From: Candidatus Bathyarchaeota archaeon
Lineage (GTDB): Archaea; Thermoproteota; Bathyarchaeia; Bathyarchaeales; Bathycorpusculaceae
Reading direction: 5' to 3'
DNA: 64,000 nucleotides
NCBI GenBank assembly: GCA_963767735.1
Contig: CAVYES010000008.1
Coordinates: 128,001 to 192,000, forward strand
A program made the translations under genes and the position numbers. The notes beneath the pieces are model-generated. The model saw nothing but the letters and a program-made list of their open reading frames with translations. It searched no databases and was not told the origin of the DNA. Shown piece after piece: positions 54,287 through 63,707 of the stretch (positions are counted from its first letter, which is position 1; each line of letters starts with the position of its first letter).

Positions 54287-55088
54287 TTGCTAATACTCCG
54301 AAATTTTCAGGAGATAACTCTCTTGCACGTTTTTCCTGAAATGGCATGTTGAGGACTATTTTTTCGGCGTCTGTTTTGCTTATCTTTAAGGTACTCTTTA
54401 TGAATGGCACAAGTGCTTTGCCTATTTTTTTGTTTCGCTGGGTAAAAAGCCATTTAACCATTTGCTTGAAAAACACTTCATCTTTCACTTCAAACGAGGT
54501 TTTAATCCAAGGCTTTATCCGAACGATTAGCGAATCCACTTCTGGTTGAGGATAAAACATTTCTTTTGGAACTGCATCCAAAAGCTCAACCTCTACATGT
54601 AGAAAAGTAAAAACTGTTAACCAACTATAATCCTCACTGCCTACCGCCGCTATTAGTCGACGGGCAAATTCTTTCTGTAAAATCATCACTGCACAATCGA
54701 TTCTGCCTTCTACAAGCCACGTAACGAGATGAGAAGACAAATAGTAGGGGGGAATTGCTATGACCTTGTTAAACTCTGGCAAAGCTGCCTTCAACACGTC
54801 GCCCTCGATTACAATCACATTGCCAGCGCATTTGACTTGTTCACGAAGCGCATCTGCAACCTGCGGATCCTTCTCAACTGCAATAACAGCCTTACACTTA
54901 TCGGCCAAGAAACGACTCAGAAAACCGAAACCTGCGCCAGCATCCAACACCACGTCTGAATCGTCAAGCATGGCATAAGTGCACAACTTACCGTAAAGTG
55001 AAGGCTGAACCATGAAATTCTGTCCCGAAAGCTTATTCGGGGTAATTCGATAAGTTCGAAGCAGCTGCTTCGTTTCCTCAAGACTCAT
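54270..55088 (-). CDS. rsmA: 16S rRNA adenine dimethyltransferase
   Basis: GQNF, DAGAGFG, LQKEFA, FYPQPEVDS. Confidence 0.93.
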   Translation of the reverse strand: MSLEETKQLLRTYRITPNKLSGQNFMVQPSLYGKLCTYAMLDDSDVVLDAGAGFGFLSRFLADKCKAVIAVEKDPQVADALREQVKCAGNVIVIEGDVLKAALPEFNKVIAIPPYYLSSHLVTWLVEGRIDCAVMILQKEFARRLIAAVGSEDYSWLTVFTFLHVEVELLDAVPKEMFYPQPEVDSLIVRIKPWIKTSFEVKDEVFFKQMVKWLFTQRNKKIGKALVPFIKSTLKISKTDAEKIVLNMPFQEKRARELSPENFGVLANAISS

Positions 55089-55099
55089 CGCTTTATGCC

Positions 55100-55675
55100 T
55101 TACTGTGCTCTAGTGAACAATCGGTACTTGCTTTCGCTATCAAGTTCTTCCATAACTCGTTTAGTAATCAACTTTACAGGATTAGGTAACTCTGTACGCT
55201 TCTGCAAATCCTCAAAACTCTCAAACGGCTTACGGTCACGCTCATTGAGTACCTGCCACATATACTTCTTGCCGATACCTGGAACAAGCTCTAAAGCATG
55301 CATACGAGGGGTAATTGCTCGCGCGGTGTTGAAAAAGTTCACAAACGATTTTTCACGATTCTTCACTATAAGGCTAATCGTGCTTGGAAGCTCCGCTTTG
55401 GCGGATGCAGTTAACTCTTCATAACCGATGCGGCCAATAATGTAAGTAACCTCTTCGCGAGAGTCTTTTCCCACGTACACGCGGTCGCCTGGCTTAAGCA
55501 TTAAACCCTCTTTCACCAAAGCCTCCAAGAGCGTAAAAAACTCTTCACCCACGCATTGAATTAAAGCTCCAGCTCGATAACCCGCCCGTCCAGTTGGTCG
55601 GAACCCAGGCTTGCCATGTGATAAGAAATCTAACACGTAAGCGTACTCTTCATACCTTTTTTCCATACCAGTCAC
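55100..55675 (-). CDS. DUF655 family protein
   Basis: EEYAYVLDF, FTLLE, RMHALELVPGIGKK. Confidence 0.93.
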   Translation of the reverse strand: MTGMEKRYEEYAYVLDFLSHGKPGFRPTGRAGYRAGALIQCVGEEFFTLLEALVKEGLMLKPGDRVYVGKDSREEVTYIIGRIGYEELTASAKAELPSTISLIVKNREKSFVNFFNTARAITPRMHALELVPGIGKKYMWQVLNERDRKPFESFEDLQKRTELPNPVKLITKRVMEELDSESKYRLFTRAQ

Positions 55676-55728
55676 TAAGCCCTCTAGTCTATTGCGCTTA
55701 CTGCTTAAAAATACTTAGCCGTTTCCCG

Positions 55729-56067
55729 CTACTTCAGAGTTTTATTTTCATTCAAAAGCTCAACTATAGCGTGCAATTTTGCAGTCTCGATAATCTTGCG
55801 ACCACCCGCCAAGAAAACCCTCAGTTCATCAACAGTTTCAGGCATACAATTTATAATCTGAATCGCTTCAGCTTCGTCAATTTCGTATTCTTTAACTATA
55901 GTTTGCAAGAGCACTTCGGCCTTCTCAGGATCAACTTTGGAGAATTTGCTGACATAATCTAATGTTCGACGTTGGAACTGGTCAAGATTTTCCTCGCCAA
56001 TGTCCCCTAAGAGCTTCTTAACCTGTGGTAATGTCAAGCGGCTTTCGCTTATTTCCCTCTTACTCAT
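55729..56067 (-). CDS. rpoF: RNA polymerase subunit F (Rpo4)
   Basis: TLDYVSKFSK, IINCMPETVDELR; between rpl21e and DUF655. Confidence 0.93.
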   Translation of the reverse strand: MSKREISESRLTLPQVKKLLGDIGEENLDQFQRRTLDYVSKFSKVDPEKAEVLLQTIVKEYEIDEAEAIQIINCMPETVDELRVFLAGGRKIIETAKLHAIVELLNENKTLK

Positions 56068-56369
56068 TTTTCTCCACTGCCCATGTACGACTCTATATGT
56101 TCAGAGCGAACAATGATTGCTTTAATGGAATTACCTTGAGGGACACTGATTACGTAGCCTCGACCCCGCTTTTCAATTATGGTGCCTATTTTACCGTGGA
56201 ACCGTTTATGAGGCATACTTTTCTGTACGCTAGAATCCATCCTTATTATCACTTGAGACCCAGGCTGGTATTCTTGGAGTATTTTGCCAATGTGTGGTTT
56301 ACCTTTTTCTCGGGTTGGCTTTCGAAGTAAACTGCGAGTTCCCGTGTAATATCCTTTTGAACCTCTCAT
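56064..56369 (-). CDS. rpl21e: 50S ribosomal protein L21e
   Basis: MPHKRFHGKIG, VRSEHI. Confidence 0.96.
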   Translation of the reverse strand: MRGSKGYYTGTRSLLRKPTREKGKPHIGKILQEYQPGSQVIIRMDSSVQKSMPHKRFHGKIGTIIEKRGRGYVISVPQGNSIKAIIVRSEHIESYMGSGEK

Positions 56370-56384
56370 CCAATTTCACCTTTT

Positions 56385-57719
56385 TTAATCATCCATTATA
56401 ACTTTTAGAACGTCAAGCTTAAGCGTCTTCGCTCTGTTTCCAAGCAAATCTGAAACGTTCGGGTTTGTTCTTCCTTCATCTCCAGACACCAATTCTTTGA
56501 CGTAGAGGCCGCCTTGGCAACGAATTTCCATAAGAGCCCTCTTAAGCGACACCTTCCTAACTTTAAACTGATATATGTACCTTTCCCGGATTAAATCTGC
56601 CCGTCGATGCAAAACACGAAGGGGCGTCTGTTGTTTTATTGTGACGCCAGTTAACGTGTCTTCCAACGTGTGCAAGCCTTCTTCGGAGACTTCGTTCTCA
56701 AATTCGGCTAGTAACCTATACTCCTTCTGTGCGCCTTCACCCTTCTTGAGCCGTCTCACCACGTCCTTAGTAGTAAAACGCAGCCGCGAAACCTCAACTT
56801 TATCCACTGCTCCAGCGTTGATTTTGGCTTCAATTTCCTTTAAATCAACAAACCGCTTCTTAGGTTTAGAAACCTCAATAACAAAAGGTCGACCTGTCCC
56901 CAGCATTCGAGCATCGATGTCTTCTCGTCCAGAGGCGTGAAATGATGTTTTTTCACCTTTAGTTGCTTCCAACAGGGGCTTTGAAGAGAGCTCTTCAACT
57001 GATTCAGGATACAGTTGTCCTGTTCCGCCGCATTTTTCGCAGCCTCGTCCACGGCAGTTTGAGCAGAACCATTTTGACTGTGGAATGTCGCGCACCAGCT
57101 TGCGATATCTGCCTCCGACGAAAAGTGGGTTTACCTGAAGTCTAACTTTCTCTTGGAAAGGGTTGATCACTATCACCATGTCAGGCGCTAAGTAATCCAC
57201 CTCTTTACCAGTTCGTTCAGCAAGAGCTTTACCAAACAACCTGCCAAATTCATGCTTTATGCTTTCGCCATAGCTAAGGTTCAGAGTAGCCTTAAACTCG
57301 TCTTCACGCTCTTCAACCTTAACGGGCAATTCAATGCCTACTAGAAATGTAGTAAACTCGTAACCTTCAAGGGCGCTTAAAGATCTCTCAGTTAAGCTAC
57401 CAAGATGCTCAAACTTACCTTCACAAAGAAAACACTTATCGTCCAACCCTTTTTTGGGAACACGTTTCTTGAGGTGTTTTAGGGTTTCTTGAGCTTCTCT
57501 TGAAAAACCATTAGTAGCCAAAATTTTAAGTTGCTTAATTCCGTCGAGGTTTTTTTCTTTGGCAAGGTCGTTTGCTTGCAGGGTTAAACTGACTTTTAAT
57601 GCCGATCCGCGAACGTCATTTTCCATGCTGTAACCGAGCGATGCGAATTGTCTTCCAAGGCAGTGGTCGCAGAGGGGATGTTTGCTGAGAAGTTCAAGCG
57701 TTTTTTCGAGTATATCCAT
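56385..57719 (-). CDS. pus10: tRNA pseudouridine(54/55) synthase
   Basis: LCDHCLGR, GRYRKL, SGREDIDARMLG, GGLYVKEL. Confidence 0.96.
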   Translation of the reverse strand: MDILEKTLELLSKHPLCDHCLGRQFASLGYSMENDVRGSALKVSLTLQANDLAKEKNLDGIKQLKILATNGFSREAQETLKHLKKRVPKKGLDDKCFLCEGKFEHLGSLTERSLSALEGYEFTTFLVGIELPVKVEEREDEFKATLNLSYGESIKHEFGRLFGKALAERTGKEVDYLAPDMVIVINPFQEKVRLQVNPLFVGGRYRKLVRDIPQSKWFCSNCRGRGCEKCGGTGQLYPESVEELSSKPLLEATKGEKTSFHASGREDIDARMLGTGRPFVIEVSKPKKRFVDLKEIEAKINAGAVDKVEVSRLRFTTKDVVRRLKKGEGAQKEYRLLAEFENEVSEEGLHTLEDTLTGVTIKQQTPLRVLHRRADLIRERYIYQFKVRKVSLKRALMEIRCQGGLYVKELVSGDEGRTNPNVSDLLGNRAKTLKLDVLKVIMDD

Positions 57720-57728
57720 TTCATGAGC

Positions 57729-59075
57729 CTACTTGCCGAAAGCCGCTGGCAGCCCTTGTCCGCCAAGTCCGAAGGGCAGTTTCTTTTTACGCTTAAACGT
57801 CTTTAGCATTTTACGCATCATAATGTACTGCTTGAGGAGTTCTTTAACTTCTTTTTCAGTTGTGCCTGAACCTCGTGCCACACGTCTTGCCCTAGAAGAG
57901 TTCAGTACTTTGGGGTTTTCTCTTTCTTTAGGTGTCATGGATTGAATTATTACGCCCCATTTATCCAAGCGACCCTCGGCTGAATTGAGCATATCTTGTG
58001 GAATATCAGAAGAAGCCATTCCGGGGATCATCTTTAGCACTTTACTGAATGGACCCATTTTTTTGACGGCTTGGAACTGCTCGTACATATCTGTTAGGGT
58101 GAAGTTTCCGCTAAGTATTTCCCTGGCTTTCTTTGGCGGAACCTTAATTTCGGCGTCATGCACCTTTTCCAAGAGCGTTTCTAAATCGCCCATGCCGAGG
58201 AGTCGACCGACAAAACGTGAGGGAATAAAAGACTCAATGTCTTCGATTTTTTCGCCTGTCCCAATAAACTTTATGGGAGCCCCCGTTGCTGCAACTGCCG
58301 AAAGCGCACCTCCTCCACGCGAGGAACCGTCAAGTTTTGTCACTATAATTGCGCCTATGGGAGTTGCTTCATGGAAAGTTTTGGCTTGAATAAGGGCTTG
58401 CTGACCGATGGTGCCGTCGATAACCATTATGACTTCGTCAGGTTTGACGTGTTTTTCAAGATCCTTCATTTCTTTAATTAAATCTTTTTCTTCTTTGTGC
58501 CTACCTGAAGTGTCAACAATTACCAGGTCCTTATCATTGAACTGTTTTAACCCTTCTTTAACGACTTTAATTGGGTCTTTAGCCTTCAAGTCGCCGTAAA
58601 TTGGAATATTTATTCTAGCGGCCAATTGCTGAAGTTGAGCAAATGCGCCTGGGCGAAAAGTATCAGCGCAAATCAACGCGGGTTTTAAACCTCTTTTCTG
58701 GAAATAACGCGCCAGTTTCGCCGCCTGAGTGGTTTTTCCTGAGCCCTGAATTCCAACAAGCATTATAATTTCCCTTTTTCCAGGCTCCATCTTAATTGGA
58801 ACAGGCTTATCGCCGACAAAGCGCGTTAGTTCCTCGTAAACGACTTTGATTACATGTTCGCGTCTTGAAATGCCCGGAGGAACTTTCTCTTTCAGCGCAC
58901 GCTCCTCTATGCGTTTGGATATTTCGAGGACAAGCTGGACGTTAACGTCTGCCTGGAGTAGCGCCCTTTGGATGTCGCGGACAAGTTCCTTCACTGTCGC
59001 TTCGTCCACTACGGTAGCCTTAAACAGTTTTTTTATGGCGTCGGTTAGGGAAGAACTTAGTTTGTCTAGAGCCAT
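57729..59075 (-). CDS. srp54: Signal recognition particle 54 kDa protein
   Basis: GIQGSGKTT, DTSGR, TKLD, GMGD, M domain. Confidence 0.98.
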   Translation of the reverse strand: MALDKLSSSLTDAIKKLFKATVVDEATVKELVRDIQRALLQADVNVQLVLEISKRIEERALKEKVPPGISRREHVIKVVYEELTRFVGDKPVPIKMEPGKREIIMLVGIQGSGKTTQAAKLARYFQKRGLKPALICADTFRPGAFAQLQQLAARINIPIYGDLKAKDPIKVVKEGLKQFNDKDLVIVDTSGRHKEEKDLIKEMKDLEKHVKPDEVIMVIDGTIGQQALIQAKTFHEATPIGAIIVTKLDGSSRGGGALSAVAATGAPIKFIGTGEKIEDIESFIPSRFVGRLLGMGDLETLLEKVHDAEIKVPPKKAREILSGNFTLTDMYEQFQAVKKMGPFSKVLKMIPGMASSDIPQDMLNSAEGRLDKWGVIIQSMTPKERENPKVLNSSRARRVARGSGTTEKEVKELLKQYIMMRKMLKTFKRKKKLPFGLGGQGLPAAFGK

Positions 59076-59364
59076 CAGAGTCTCCAGCCTTATTATGCTA
59101 TAATTCTTTTAAATAAAGATTACAGCCAAAAACTAAAGAATTAACCTGATTTTTTCCGTTTATGCTTGCCATTAGCTTTTTCTAACCTGAGAATTATGGC
59201 TGCTGACTTGAAGCCTCAGTTCCCCATTATAGCTATCTTCACAATTCAGACGGCTCTTCATGCATCATTGGCTTCAACATCAAAAGGTTCCAAGCTAGAA
59301 CATAAACGTTAATGGAAAATCTTTTAACAACATCGAAACAATCTAATAACAACTGGTGTAATAG

Positions 59365-59580
59365 TTGACGGCAGAACGAGTAATCCACGCGAGCATTTTC
59401 GTTTTGTTACTTGTAGGATTAACGGTTTTAAGCGCGTGAGCAAGTTACACGTACCTGCAAGCTAACCTTATTCTTTTTATCTCAAGTGTTCCGTTGGGCT
59501 GGGGAATAATTCTTTTAGCAATGTACCTTAGCTTCAAAAGCTCGGTTGGAAATGGTGGAGCTAAAAAAACTCTTAGGTAA
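59365..59580 (+). pseudogene. Small two-TM protein gene with in-frame TGA at 59437
   Basis: MTAERVIHASIFVLLLVGLTVLSA*ASYTYLQANLILFISSVPLGWGIILLAMYLSFK...; GGTG upstream of the start. Confidence 0.45.
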
Positions 59581-59614
59581 GTAAGAAGAGAAATATTAGT
59601 AACTTGCTAACTAA

Positions 59615-60007
59615 TTATTTTACTCTGACGATTTTTACTCTTCCAAGTATTTTCCAGTATTCGATTTCCGCGCCTGCGGCAATCTTGGCTTTGAGTTCTG
59701 GCTCTTCAGGATATGGAGCGTCTAAGTACTCGTAGGTTTCCAGATCCATTATTTGGACGCCTGTGGGGTTAATGGCGAAAACTTGTCCCGGTCTCTTGTC
59801 AATTATCGGAATTTCAGCGCCTAAATCAACGGGTTTAACGAACTGTCTTTTTTGACCATCAAATACGCCGATAGCAATTATTCTAAATTTGGCGGATCCG
59901 TGTTTTCCAGGCTTTGACTTTGCAATGTCTACTATTTTGCAGGGTTCGCCATCAATCATCATGTAACCGCCGACGCGTAACTCTCCGACATCAACTGGTC
60001 TGCTCAT
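59615..60007 (-). CDS. eif5a: Translation factor aIF5A
   Basis: SKPGKHGSAK hypusine motif. Confidence 0.97.
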   Translation of the reverse strand: MSRPVDVGELRVGGYMMIDGEPCKIVDIAKSKPGKHGSAKFRIIAIGVFDGQKRQFVKPVDLGAEIPIIDKRPGQVFAINPTGVQIMDLETYEYLDAPYPEEPELKAKIAAGAEIEYWKILGRVKIVRVK

Positions 60008-60320
60008 ACACTCACCAACAGCACTATTTCTACCCAAAACATTCTGAACAACAACCATATATAGATATTTATTTAGTTTCTAAAAAATAAGTAAACTACT
60101 AGATATTCGCTAGTCATTCGCGTCGAGTAGAAAAACTCAAGGTCATCTGTTTTTTGAGGCATGCAGGGAAGGATAAAGGAAGCGAGCTTAGAAATTCTAA
60201 AATTGAAGCTAAAACTTCAAAAAACGCTAAATTTCAAGTTAAAATAGGCTTAAATTGAGGTTAGAAACGCTTAACCACGTTAGAAAGGGGTCAGAGTGCC
60301 TTGATTTTGTGAAGCTCCCA

Positions 60321-60395
60321 GACGTGGTTTATACGTGTTTTTGCGCTTTTATACGTGATTTTACGTGGATTTGACGCTCTGTGCCGACCGCACCA
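60321..60395 (+). repeat. 10-11-bp-phased ACGTG repeats ending in a tRNA-3'-like sequence
   Basis: ACGTG/RCGCT at 60322, 60333, 60343, 60353, 60363, 60374; then CCGACCGCACCA ending at 60395. Confidence 0.6.
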
Positions 60396-60457
60396 AACCA
60401 ACCTCATTTTCAACTTTAAAAAAATTAGAGAATAGCCTACTTGAAGCGGAAGTAGCT

Positions 60458-60748
60458 TTACCCGAATTTTGCGAGCACTTCCCGTCCGAAATCATTTATT
60501 TCGACGGCGTAGAACTCGTAGGGCCCCATTCTTTTTGGCGTTTCAAGTATGTCGATGAGCTTGGATTTTGACAGGTGCCTCACTGCGTCGTTAAGGCCTT
60601 CAGGCATCAAACCTGTCTTTCTATGTAAGACATCAACTTTCACCAACATACCTTTCTCAAATTGAGATAGGACTACAAGTACCCGTTTAGCTGACTGGTC
60701 AAGCATGTCGAAATCGTCTTGTTCAAAATCTTCAACCATACAAAACAC
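60458..60748 (-). CDS. Small winged-helix-like protein
   Basis: LHRKTGLMPEGLNDAVRHL...INDFGREVL. Confidence 0.65.
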   Translation of the reverse strand: MFCMVEDFEQDDFDMLDQSAKRVLVVLSQFEKGMLVKVDVLHRKTGLMPEGLNDAVRHLSKSKLIDILETPKRMGPYEFYAVEINDFGREVLAKFG

Positions 60749-60754
60749 CTACCC

Positions 60755-60943
60755 CTAACTATTGCAGTCTTTACATAAAAACCATTTGAAAATTCTAGCG
60801 GTTGAGTTGCTTGCACTAAAGCGCCCGTCGGTTCCCAAGGGTTCGAGAAACTCCAACCACCGCCCGTTAGGCAAATTGAAGGGCGCAATAACGCAGGGCA
60901 TGTAATACTTCCTCTTTCCAGTTAAGAGGTTCGGGATGGCCAT
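60755..60943 (-). CDS. Small hypothetical protein
   Basis: 62-aa ORF packed between co-oriented genes; C-terminal CxxC. Confidence 0.4.
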   Translation of the reverse strand: MAIPNLLTGKRKYYMPCVIAPFNLPNGRWLEFLEPLGTDGRFSASNSTARIFKWFLCKDCNS

Positions 60944-61176
60944 AACCTCGCAGCCAGGAAAACGTTCGAGCCCGCGATCAGAAAGGAAACACCGAAGAAA
61001 CCGGCGATGATTGGTCCATAAAAACCTAATCCGATGGAAATTGAACCTCCGTTGAATCTCATCACTGCCTGACCCGACCCGATAAGCAAGATTGTCAGGA
61101 CAAGCAGAATTGCCGCAAAAGTGAGCCTCACTACGCTTCCAGGCCTTCCGACCTGCGCGGTTTTCGGGGCATTCAA
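60922..61176 (-). CDS. Small two-TM hypothetical protein
   Basis: Two hydrophobic segments; TTG start preceded by GGTG. Confidence 0.55.
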   Translation of the reverse strand: MNAPKTAQVGRPGSVVRLTFAAILLVLTILLIGSGQAVMRFNGGSISIGLGFYGPIIAGFFGVSFLIAGSNVFLAARLWPSRTS

Positions 61177-61346
61177 CCGCACCGGCGGACAGCAGTTAGC
61201 TTTGCATGATAGGTCTACGGATATTCTATTGTACCCCTGTTTCTTGAAACACCCCTGAGTATATAAAACGCGCAAAAAAAAAGCGTTTGAGTAAAATTTA
61301 TTAAAAAAGACTGATCATCGTTGAAAGTAGCAGAAAGCTCATACGC

Positions 61347-61901
61347 CTATGCTGGCTTCAACTTGTAGACTGATTGTGAGAAGCTTGTTGCAAGAGCGTT
61401 TGTATTTGAAGTGCCAAGTACCAGGTATTTTTCGCTTGTAAGCTGAATTATAAGGTCGGTAGAGTTATTGGAGATAACGTAAGCTGTAGCGCCGTTTCCA
61501 AGTGTGAATACTCCTACGTTAACGTGGTCATAGTTAGTTCCGTGCTGTTTTGACAAGGCAAGGTTTCCTGAACCGATTTGTCCCACATAAGCAGACACTA
61601 TCTGGTTAGAAGTGACTTTGAGGTTTCCTGCGCCGTTAAAGCTAGGCGAATGAATGCTCACATACCCCGAGCCGACTGTTATTGTTGAGGGAGTACTTGT
61701 GGCATAAAACAGTCCCACGCCAAGTCCGATAACCGCTATTCCTATAGCCAACAGCGCGATAAAAGTGGGTCTAACGGTTTTGGCTCGTCTTCCAGTTGTT
61801 AGGGCCAAAATCAAAAGGGCCACACCTGTAACAACCAGAATGATCAATGCAACGGTTCCTATACTTGAGGAGGGCTGAATTGTAAATTGCTCAACAGACA
61901 T
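61347..61901 (-). CDS. Membrane protein: two N-terminal TMs plus soluble beta-rich (PH-like) domain
   Basis: Hydropathy pattern; GTNY...VGVFTLGNG resembles bacterial PH domains (inference). Confidence 0.65.
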   Translation of the reverse strand: MSVEQFTIQPSSSIGTVALIILVVTGVALLILALTTGRRAKTVRPTFIALLAIGIAVIGLGVGLFYATSTPSTITVGSGYVSIHSPSFNGAGNLKVTSNQIVSAYVGQIGSGNLALSKQHGTNYDHVNVGVFTLGNGATAYVISNNSTDLIIQLTSEKYLVLGTSNTNALATSFSQSVYKLKPA

Positions 61902-62315
61902 CTATTTCGCCCCGTTTACGGTACCATTTGTGTAACGGGTTGCTTTTCTATAGAGATATGCAATATAAGCCAATATCCATATAATCCCAATTACTGAAGG
62001 AATAAGGACAACAAGAGCGCTGTGGAATGTTCCTGTGGCGACCAATAAAATGCCTATGGCGACAAGAACTATCAGGGGGCCAGCCGCTAACGCAATGTTT
62101 TTTCCGCCGATTGAGGTCTCCGCGTTGTCTCCGTGTGTTGGCAGTGAAGGATCTGTACCGAAGTGGTTGATGTAGAACTTGTGGAGTTCTTTGCAGTTAG
62201 GGCACTTGAATATTCTTGCCGGACCCAAACGTATAGACGTGAATGAGGCTCCTGGGATAAACTCGTAATTGAACCTGTAATGGCAATGCGGACATTCCAC
62301 AATTGAAGTCGTCAA
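61902..62315 (-). CDS. Zinc-ribbon membrane protein
   Basis: CPHC...SIRLG...FKCPNC followed by two TMs. Confidence 0.7.
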   Translation of the reverse strand: MTTSIVECPHCHYRFNYEFIPGASFTSIRLGPARIFKCPNCKELHKFYINHFGTDPSLPTHGDNAETSIGGKNIALAAGPLIVLVAIGILLVATGTFHSALVVLIPSVIGIIWILAYIAYLYRKATRYTNGTVNGAK

Positions 62316-62478
62316 TAACTTGCCTCGCGCATAAAGTCTTTAGTCCAGTGACTATCAGCAAACATTAAAAATTTTGCGGTTATCCAACCTTGTCACCGGT
62401 TTTTGCCATTTCATGGTCTTATCAAGCCGCCCCGAACCTTGGCATCTGTATAGAGCGCAGAAAGACTAAACTTTGGTC

Positions 62479-62817
62479 CTAAGGTGTTAGGTCCAATGCC
62501 TCGATGATCATTTCCTTAACGAGCGGCCTTTTGCTTACTTTCTTAAATTCCTCAGGAGTATACATTAGCAGATCCAACTCTTCAAGAAATGACCAATCTT
62601 CAAGAAGCATCTTTCCACGCTCAAGACTGGTCAGACCCATGAAATTTTTCGAAACAACTATCAAATCGATGTCGCTGCCTATTTTTCTCTTTTGTTTCGC
62701 TGTTGAGCCGAAAAGAAGGACTTTTTCAAGTCCTATTTTTGCATCCACAACTTTCAAAAATTCGTCCAGTTTATCCATTAAGGGCCTGTTATCGTCAAGC
62801 ACCAAAGCCTTCGTCAA
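62479..62817 (-). CDS. Minimal nucleotidyltransferase (MNT)
   Basis: LLFGS...SDIDLIVVS, DLLMYTPEEF. Confidence 0.92.
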   Translation of the reverse strand: MTKALVLDDNRPLMDKLDEFLKVVDAKIGLEKVLLFGSTAKQKRKIGSDIDLIVVSKNFMGLTSLERGKMLLEDWSFLEELDLLMYTPEEFKKVSKRPLVKEMIIEALDLTP

Positions 62818-63242
62818 GTCGTTTCCTCCTCAATCCTTTCCTTAATAACTTTGATGATGGGCAAAGCTTTTGTCATGAATTCATCCACTACGGTTTTAGT
62901 GTATATTTCACTAGGTAATTCAAGAGTAGCATCAAAATATCTTGTTTCTCGAACAGCCAAAGATAGTTGTCTGAGAAAACGAATTTGCTCTTCGGTAAGT
63001 TCGACCTCATCAGCTATTTTCGAATGTAATTCAACCAAATTATGCACCTTAGGAGGAGCCGCTTTTTTTAAGACAACGATAGCTGCCTTCAAGGATTTTT
63101 CGACTGTCAAATGAAGCTAGAAAGCTACTACAGGATATGCCTCGCAGCTAATAACCTTCTCCAGCATTCTTAAAGAATCATCTATATCCTTAAGCCACAA
63201 TTGAATGTATTCATCCGAGACTGAGCCATTTTTTTTAGTCAC
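62814..63242 (-). pseudogene. HEPN domain protein with in-frame TAG at 63117-63119
   Basis: WLKDIDDSL...YPVVAF*LHLTVEKSLKA...PPKVHNLVEL...TRY; overlaps the MNT start. Confidence 0.85.
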
Positions 63243-63306
63243 TTGACACTCTGAGTAGTACATGAGCGCTTTCTAACTATTTTGATTTTTCTATCTTCCA
63301 AAATTA

Positions 63307-63354
63307 TGGTGACGTCGGGGGGTGGGACATCCACCTTATTTTACCGGTAAAAAA
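63307..63354 (-). repeat. att-like site D: tRNA-like 3' end plus type-1 arm
   Basis: 63320-63354 is 34/35 identical to 4250-4284. Confidence 0.85.
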
Positions 63355-63494
63355 CTCCCAAAATGTGCTCACATTCGAGTGGTGAATCCAGGTAAGCATA
63401 GCCGCCCAACGGCATACTAAAAAAAGATTAACCGAGGCTCCACGGAAGAAAAGGTCAAGAAACGATTATTTGGAAAAACAGCCGAATTTTGAAA

Positions 63495-63537
63495 TGGCGC
63501 GGGATGTTAAGTTTAAACCCAAGTTTAAATTCCACAC
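63495..63537 (-). repeat. att-like site E: degenerate tRNA-like 3' end plus type-2 arm
   Basis: 32/43 ungapped identity to 5140-5182; TTTAAA-cccaag-TTTAAA. Confidence 0.7.
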
Positions 63538-63707
63538 GAAAATCCAACGATAAAAAATCAAACCTAATAGGTTTCAACGTTCAAACTCTCGGTTCGGACA
63601 CCGCGCACAAAACTACTCTAAGCAAACTCTTTTCAGGTCTCAAAAAATCAAAATTTACATATTCTTCTCTCTCACATAATGTACCAAGTAATTGTTAGGT
63701 GATTAAT

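Noticed and set aside
88-63114. Numerous short antisense or overlapping ORFs in the track
   Set aside because: They are shadows of well-supported genes in another frame or strand.
4250-63354. One 59-kb element bounded by the 35-bp direct repeats A and D
   Set aside because: The interval is core housekeeping genes; the repeats are better read as ends of two separate insertions.
63489-63698. ORF over site E as a split SSV-type integrase fragment
   Set aside because: No tyrosine recombinase motifs are recognisable here or beside sites A-D.
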